Origin: an uncultured bacterium
GTDB taxonomy: Bacteria; Chloroflexota; UBA5177; JANWHV01
Direction of reading: 5' to 3'
DNA length: 64,000 bases
Assembly (NCBI GenBank): GCA_963827235.1
Contig: CAWHAE010000009.1
Coordinates: 1,152,001-1,216,000, forward strand
Numbering within the stretch: the stretch's first letter is position 1; the number at the start of each line of letters is the position of its first letter. Position numbers and translations under genes: made by a program. The notes under the pieces were generated by a model. The model had not been told where the DNA came from. It ran no database searches and saw nothing but the letters and a program-made list of their open reading frames with translations. Below are positions 58,289 through 64,000 of this stretch, piece after piece.

Positions 58289-58840
58289 CTACCCTCTAGA
58301 CTCGATTGGCCCGCGCCGATGACTGCCCGGCACGGCGATCGCATGGTGTGCTCGCCGGCGTAGGCTCGGCGGTGCGGGCCTTGCAGCGGTTGGCAGTTGT
58401 GGGACATGTGCCGCGCGATGCCGAGCGGCTGCAAGCTCGGTGAGCACCGCGCGGAGGACAGCGCCTTCACCCGCGTCGACGGGCAGGCTGAGTGGCCCGA
58501 CGAGCCGTCTGCGCAGCGGGGTAGCAAGAGAGGCCCACACGTACGCTTGCGCTCTCGGCGGTCCGACCACAAACACGTAGTCGAACGGTCGGGCGACATG
58601 GAGCGCCGCCGCCACACGTGACACCCGCATCGCCAGCTGTTGGAGCTGGTGGCCGGTAAGCGGTGCTTGCCGTGAAACGGCAGGATTCCTGCTGCCGGCC
58701 GCGGAAGCGGCCGCGACTGTGTACTCGCGTGCATCTTCGATGCGAGTCCCTCGCACGCAGATCACGCGTGCATGTGCCCCGTCGAACAGTATGACGGCGG
58801 CGCGTTGTGTGATGCTGGGATCGGTCGGTACCTGGATCAT
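58289..58840 (-). CDS. baeRF/host-attachment family (eRF1 domain-2-like) protein
   Basis: AVILFDGAHARVI; FDYVFVVGPP..LATPLRRRLVGPLSLPVDA. Divergent sequence. Confidence 0.6.
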   Translation of the reverse strand: MIQVPTDPSITQRAAVILFDGAHARVICVRGTRIEDAREYTVAAASAAGSRNPAVSRQAPLTGHQLQQLAMRVSRVAAALHVARPFDYVFVVGPPRAQAYVWASLATPLRRRLVGPLSLPVDAGEGAVLRAVLTELAAARHRAAHVPQLPTAARPAPPSLRRRAHHAIAVPGSHRRGPIESRG

Positions 58841-58934
58841 GGTCGGTTCTCCGCAGTCTCCGCGAGCCGGGCATCTGCCGAGTGCCTCGGCGCCAGTGAG
58901 CCTCTCAGCCCGGCAGGCTTCGTCTGCTACATGT

Positions 58935-58989
58935 ACCCTAGCGCGGCACCGTTAGCAGATCGACAGCGAGATAGCAGATCTCTGAAAGC
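58935..58989 (-). promoter_or_regulatory. Candidate SARP-type promoter: GCTnnC repeats at 22/11-bp spacing plus -10 TAGGGT
   Basis: On +: GTTAGC 58951, GACAGC 58962, GAAAGC 58984; ACCCTA 58935-58940; 10-nt gap. Confidence 0.4.
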
Positions 58990-59235
58990 CCGTACAGCCC
59001 GGGCACACGCCGTGGGAGATGACGGCACCATAAACCGGCAGGGACCGCGCCCGCACGGCAGCTGGTTCGCACTCCAGCACGTGGCGCCGCTGATTTCACC
59101 CCAGGCTTTGCGGAACAGAGTGTTGACGCGTTATCGTGTCGAGTGAGGGCAGCTGCACCGCAATGATCGCCGGTGCGACGCAGAGATGGGTACGCGGCGC
59201 ATACCGCCGGTTGCAGCGAGGAAGGCCGGGTGTTG

Positions 59236-62200
59236 ATGGGTCAGCTTCGCCTCGCGCTCCTTGGGCCGCCCGAAGTCTGGCTTGGCGAGCGGCGAATCAC
59301 GCTGCGCACCCACAAGGCGCTGGCCTTGCTGGCCTATCTCATCGCGGAAGAGGCCGCGCGCCCGCGCGATCAGCTCGGGGCGCTGCTCTGGCCGGAGCTC
59401 GACGGCGTGGGCGCTCGGAACAACGTGCGCGTGAGCCTGTTCTATCTGCGGCACGCCCTGGGTAAACCCGCTCTGACCACCTTCGGCGATGTCGTCGGCT
59501 GTGCGCCCTCGACCATCGAGGCGTCGGACCTGCATCAACTGGCTCAAGCTGAGCGGCGTGCCCGAGCGAGCGGCCACGCGGCAGGAATCCGTGCTGAGCT
59601 ACAAGCGGCGACCGCGCTCTATCGCGGCCCGTTTCTGGACGGACTGGTGGTACCGGACGCGCCTGACTTCGAGACCTGGCTGGCAGGTCAACGCGCGCAC
59701 TGGCACGGCGTCATCCTTGCAGTGCTCGACCGGCTGGCTACAACGCGGCTCGAGGCCGGCGAGGCGGCCGGTGCCCGAACATCGCTGGAGCGCCTGGTCG
59801 CCCTCGACCCCGGCGTGGAAGACGCCTGGCAGCGACTGCTCGCACTGGATCTCGACGCGGGTGACATACTCGGAGCCCGTCGAGCCTGGACGGAATGCAG
59901 GCAGGCGATGGCCGATCTGGGCCTTGCACCGGGCGCTGCACTCGAGGCCATCGCCTCGCGCCTCGAGGTTCCGGGTGCGCTGCATTCCGCGGCCGCCCCC
60001 GATATCGGAGCCGATGCGGCCGGCGACGTGCTCGCCGACCTGCCCTTGGTTGGACGCGCACAGCACTCTGCGGTGTTGCACCGACTGTTCGAGCGTTGTC
60101 AGGCCGGTCAGTTTGCGCTTGGCGTGCTGCTCGGAGAGGCCGGTGTCGGCAAGACGCGCCTGGCCGGCGAGTTCCTGGCTTGGGCCCGCGAGCACGGCGC
60201 GGAAACGCTGGCCGGCCGGGCTTTCGGGCCGGAGGGTGGTGTGCCCTATGCTCCCGTGGTGGAGGCGTTGCGTCCGGGTCTCGAGCGTGAGAACGCGCCA
60301 GAGGATTTGCTCGGCGACGTCTGGTTGGCTGAGCTCGCCCGGGTGCTGCCCGAGCTGCGCGAGCGATATCCCGACCTACCTGCCACCACTCCCGACCTTG
60401 CTCTGGAGCACGCGCGCCTGCTCGAGGCGGTAGCTCGGCTCGGCCTGGCTCTGGCCGCACGCCGGCCGGTGGTGCTGTTCCTTGACGACGCGCAATGGAA
60501 CGACAAGGGGACACGCGACATCGTACGCTACACAGCTCGCCAGTGGAGCGAAGCGGGGGCGCGGATCCTGCTGCTGCTGGCCATACGGGCCGACGACCTG
60601 ACGCGCGATCCCGAGCTGCCGCGGTGGCTGGGCGGCCTGGAGCGCGAGTCTCCCATCACCCGAGTCGAGCTTGGGCGGCTGGCGCCGGAGGATGTTGCGC
60701 AGCTGGTTGACTTGCTCGGAGGGAGTGACGACGGAGACGCACCGGAAGCCGGCGAAGGCAGGAGCTCGGCCTTCGGGCAGTGGCTCGCACAGCAGTGCGA
60801 CGGCAACCCTGCCGCGCTGGTACGGACACTGCGCGCCATGCTGGCGACCAATCAGATGAGCTGTCGAACGCGCGAGGATGGCAGCCGGGCGCTCGAGCTG
60901 CGGGCTACCCCGCCACCGCTGCTTCCGGCACCGCGCCGGCAATCGCGCCTGGACTGGGGCGATGCTCCGGACACCGCCGGCTTCTTCGGTCGAGATCGGG
61001 AGCTCGCCGTGCTGGAGCAATGGCTCGTCGCCGACACATGCCGGCTTGTCTCCTTGATCGGCATCGGCGGTATCGGCAAGACTGCTCTCGCGGCACGACT
61101 GGGCCGTGCTGTCGCGGCGCAGTTCGACGCCGTCGTCTGGCGCAGCCTGCGCAACGCGCCGCCAGTCGACGAGTGGCTGGCTGATATGGTAAGCGTGCTG
61201 GCGGCGCGACCGGGCAGCCTGCCGGTGGGCGTCGAGGCGCGGCTGGCGCTCCTTCTGCAGGTTCTCCGAGAGCAGCGCTGCCTGCTTGTCCTCGATAATC
61301 TGGAGACCGTGCTGGCGCCGGGGGTGTGCGAGGGACGCTACCGCGACGAGTATGCCGGCTACGGCCGGGTTCTGCAGCAGATAGGGGAGCTGGCTCACCA
61401 GAGCTGCCTCTTGCTGACGAGCCGCGAGCTGCCGGCCGAGCTGACCGGTCAGGAAGATGCACATGGCCCGGTACGCACGCTTCGCCTGCAGGGACTGGAT
61501 TTGGAGGCCAGCCGCGCGATGCTGCATGACCAGGGGCTCAGCGGCACAGAGCAGGCGTGGCAGGAGCTGGTAGCGCGTTTCGGCGGGAACGCGCTGGCGC
61601 TCAAAATGGCGAGCCACACGATCCGTGATCTCTACATTGGTGACATCCCGGCCTTCCTGCACGATCTGCGCGGGCCGTCCGGCGCCGTCTTTGGCGGCAT
61701 CAGGCAGCTCTTCGGCACACAGGTTGAGCGCCTCTCGCCGCTCGAGCGCGATATCCTTTACTGGCTGGCGATCGAGCGCGAACCGGTAGGCTTCGGCAAG
61801 CTGACCGCCGATCTCGAGCCCACCTCCTCGCACGGCGACGTGCTCGAAGCGCTGGAGGCGCTTCGACGTCGCTCGCTGATCGAGCGTGGCGAACATCCCG
61901 GTACCTTCACGCTGCAGCCGGTGATCCTGGAGTATACGGCCAACCGCCTCGTGGAGGCTGCGTCCCAAGAGATCCAACAGCGGAGGCCGCAGGTCTTGCT
62001 GCGTCACGCGCTGCTCCAGGCAACAGCCAAAGACTACGTGCGGCGCAGCCAGGCGCGACTGATCGCCGGCCCGCTGCTGGAACGCCTGGTGGCTGCTGAC
62101 GGCAGTGCGGCGGCGGTCGAGCAGCGATTGCTGGGTCTGCTCGGGAGTTGGCGCGGTCAGGCATTTCCGGATCCCGGCTACGGTCCGGGTAATGTCGTGA

Positions 62201-64000
62201 ACCTGCTGCGGCTGATGCGGGGGGATCTGCGCAATCTTGACCTATCTCGCCTGGCGATTCGGCAGGCGTATCTGCAAGAGGTCGATGCGCAGGACAGCAG
62301 CCTTGCGGGCGCCCATCTGACCGAATGCGCGCTTCCCGACGCCTTCTTCTATCCGACCTCCGTTGCCCTGGACGGGAACGGCACCCATCTGGCAGCGGGG
62401 ACCTCGCACGGCGAGCTGCGGGTCTGGCGCCTGTCCGACCGCACGCCTATCCTTGCGGCGCAGGGCCACAGCAATGGCGTCTACGGCCTGGCGCTGGCGG
62501 CAGGCGGCTCGCTGATGGCCGCCGGCAGCGTCGACGGTACGGTCACGCTCTGGGATGTGTCCACGGGTCAGCTCGTCCGCAGGCTCGAAGCGCACGGAGG
62601 GCCGGCATGGGGCGTCGCGCTCAGCGGAGACGGGCAGGTAATCGCCGCAGGAATTGCCGATGGCACCGTCAGAGTCTGGGAGGCCATGACCGGTCGTACT
62701 GTGCACACCCTGGAAGGACATAGTGGTCCCGTTTGGGGTGTCGCGTTGAGCGCCGACGGTCACATGCTCGCCAGCAGCAGCTATGACGGTACGGCCAGGC
62801 TCTGGGAGCTGCCCAGCGGCGCGCTGCTTGCCACACTGCGGGGTCACGCGAGTGGTGTCCGGGCAACGGCCTTGAGCGCGGACGGGCGGCTGGTGGCCAG
62901 CGGAGGTTACGACGGTACGGTCCGGTTGTGGGAAGCAGCGGGCGGCCGGCTCCTGGCCACGCTACAAGGACACACCGGCTGCGTCTGGGGGGTCGCGTTG
63001 AGCGCGGACGGACGCCTCCTGGCGAGCAGCAGCTATGACGGCACGGTGAAGCTCTGGGAGGCGCCAAGCGGCCGGCTGATCGCGACCCTGCAGGGCCATA
63101 CCGGCTACGTCTGGGGCGTTGCACTCACCCTACAAGGGCGGCTGGTGGCCAGCGGGAGCTATGACGGCACGGTGAGGCTCTGGGAGGCACCGGGCGGGCA
63201 GGTCCTGGCGACCTTGCAGGGACAGATCGGCGGTGTCAGCAGGCTCGCCATCTCGGCGAATGGCCGGCGCGTGGCCAGAGGTGGTATGGATGGCGTGGTC
63301 AAGGTCTGGGCGACCGCCCAGGGCCGGCTGCTAGCCACTTTGCAGGGCCACAGCGGCGGGATCTACGGCGTGGCGATCTCAGCCGATGGCCGCCTGGTAG
63401 CCAGCGGCAGCCGCGACGGCTCGATCCGGCTGTGGGAAGCGGCGAGCGGTCGTGCTCTCGCGACCCTTCAGGGCCACACCGGTCTGGTGTGGGGCGTGGC
63501 GCTCTCGGCCGACGGCAGGCTGTTGGCCAGCGGTAGCTTTGACGGCACGGTGAAGCTCTGGGACGTGGCTAGCCGGCGGCTGCTTAGCACCCTGCACGGC
63601 CACTCCGGCGGCATCATCGACGTAGCACTGTCGGCCGACGGCAGGCTGGTGGCCAGCGGTAGCGACGACGGGACGATTACCGTGTGGAAGGTGGAGAGCG
63701 GCGAGCTGGCGGGCACCTTGCAGGGGCACAGCGGCGCCGTCCGCGGCGTGGCATTGAGCGGCGACGGGCAGCTCGTGGCCAGCGGTGGCGATGATGGCCT
63801 GCTGACAGTCTGGGACATAGCCCGGGAACGCGAACTGACCACGGTGCGCGCGCACTCGGGCGGCGTACTGGACGTCTCGCTCAGCAGCGATGGGCGGCTG
63901 GTGGCCAGTGCCGGGCTGGATTCGGTGGTCAAGCTCTGGAACGCATCCAGCGGACAACCTCTTGCCACGCTGCGCGGCCATACCGGCGCGGTGCGGGCGG
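59236..64000 (+). CDS. SARP regulator with two tandem STAND ATPases and WD40 repeats (runs off the window end; missing from the ORF track)
   Basis: Hand translation: MGQLRLALLGPP..ALLAYL..LYRGPFLD; GEAGVGKT/LDDAQW; DWGDAPD..FFGR..GIGGIGKT/LVLDNLE; NLLRL..DLS..IRQAYL; GH..WD repeats. Confidence 0.92.
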   Translation, partial: MGQLRLALLGPPEVWLGERRITLRTHKALALLAYLIAEEAARPRDQLGALLWPELDGVGARNNVRVSLFYLRHALGKPALTTFGDVVGCAPSTIEASDLHQLAQAERRARASGHAAGIRAELQAATALYRGPFLDGLVVPDAPDFETWLAGQRAHWHGVILAVLDRLATTRLEAGEAAGARTSLERLVALDPGVEDAWQRLLALDLDAGDILGARRAWTECRQAMADLGLAPGAALEAIASRLEVPGALHSAAAPDIGADAAGDVLADLPLVGRAQHSAVLHRLFERCQAGQFALGVLLGEAGVGKTRLAGEFLAWAREHGAETLAGRAFGPEGGVPYAPVVEALRPGLERENAPEDLLGDVWLAELARVLPELRERYPDLPATTPDLALEHARLLEAVARLGLALAARRPVVLFLDDAQWNDKGTRDIVRYTARQWSEAGARILLLLAIRADDLTRDPELPRWLGGLERESPITRVELGRLAPEDVAQLVDLLGGSDDGDAPEAGEGRSSAFGQWLAQQCDGNPAALVRTLRAMLATNQMSCRTREDGSRALELRATPPPLLPAPRRQSRLDWGDAPDTAGFFGRDRELAVLEQWLVADTCRLVSLIGIGGIGKTALAARLGRAVAAQFDAVVWRSLRNAPPVDEWLADMVSVLAARPGSLPVGVEARLALLLQVLREQRCLLVLDNLETVLAPGVCEGRYRDEYAGYGRVLQQIGELAHQSCLLLTSRELPAELTGQEDAHGPVRTLRLQGLDLEASRAMLHDQGLSGTEQAWQELVARFGGNALALKMASHTIRDLYIGDIPAFLHDLRGPSGAVFGGIRQLFGTQVERLSPLERDILYWLAIEREPVGFGKLTADLEPTSSHGDVLEALEALRRRSLIERGEHPGTFTLQPVILEYTANRLVEAASQEIQQRRPQVLLRHALLQATAKDYVRRSQARLIAGPLLERLVAADGSAAAVEQRLLGLLGSWRGQAFPDPGYGPGNVVNLLRLMRGDLRNLDLSRLAIRQAYLQEVDAQDSSLAGAHLTECALPDAFFYPTSVALDGNGTHLAAGTSHGELRVWRLSDRTPILAAQGHSNGVYGLALAAGGSLMAAGSVDGTVTLWDVSTGQLVRRLEAHGGPAWGVALSGDGQVIAAGIADGTVRVWEAMTGRTVHTLEGHSGPVWGVALSADGHMLASSSYDGTARLWELPSGALLATLRGHASGVRATALSADGRLVASGGYDGTVRLWEAAGGRLLATLQGHTGCVWGVALSADGRLLASSSYDGTVKLWEAPSGRLIATLQGHTGYVWGVALTLQGRLVASGSYDGTVRLWEAPGGQVLATLQGQIGGVSRLAISANGRRVARGGMDGVVKVWATAQGRLLATLQGHSGGIYGVAISADGRLVASGSRDGSIRLWEAASGRALATLQGHTGLVWGVALSADGRLLASGSFDGTVKLWDVASRRLLSTLHGHSGGIIDVALSADGRLVASGSDDGTITVWKVESGELAGTLQGHSGAVRGVALSGDGQLVASGGDDGLLTVWDIARERELTTVRAHSGGVLDVSLSSDGRLVASAGLDSVVKLWNASSGQPLATLRGHTGAVRA
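62340..64000 (+). repeat. 126-bp (42-aa) WD40 tandem repeats, at least 13 units
   Basis: GH/AH/GQ starts every 126 nt from 62464 to 63976. Confidence 0.9.

Noticed and set aside
62340-64000. CRISPR array or DGR template
   Set aside because: Repeats are in-frame coding WD40 units with no spacers, cas genes or reverse transcriptase.

Overview
High-GC bacterial chromosomal window with about 55 protein genes and no rRNA, tRNA, CRISPR array or intact transposase that I could recognise. Gene content (C39 peptidase, Uma2, SARP/BTAD-STAND regulators, GAAC-N4-GTTC SOS box) suggests Chloroflexota or a related Terrabacteria lineage; this is inference. Layout: (1) 0.2-4.1 kb sugar-type ABC importer plus EEP phosphoesterase under an 11-bp-periodic Pho-box-like array; (2) 4-37 kb mixed housekeeping and accessory genes (NarL two-component pair, ArsR-SRPBCC, GAF-GAF kinase, thrC, CHAD/metallophosphoesterase with two frameshifts, proC, sufU, maf, tnaA, pfkB); (3) 37.6-43.9 kb truncated dcw cluster (mraZ-rsmH-ftsL-ftsI-murF-mraY); (4) 46.7-64 kb stress/dormancy-type region (USP, 3xBON, PRC-barrel, Hsp20, AqpZ, eRF1-like protein) with two SARP-STAND regulators. 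Most notable: a perfect 38-bp palindrome encoding two identical back-to-back sigma-70 promoters around a LexA box, next to a 58-aa membrane peptide; a 12-bp-periodic GGGAC + TAGGAT promoter motif in two inverted copies flanking a SARP-ATPase gene; and a >1500-aa regulator, absent from the ORF track, with two tandem STAND ATPases and at least 13 WD40 repeats. All family calls are by motif recognition, not database search. Start codons were adjusted by eye.
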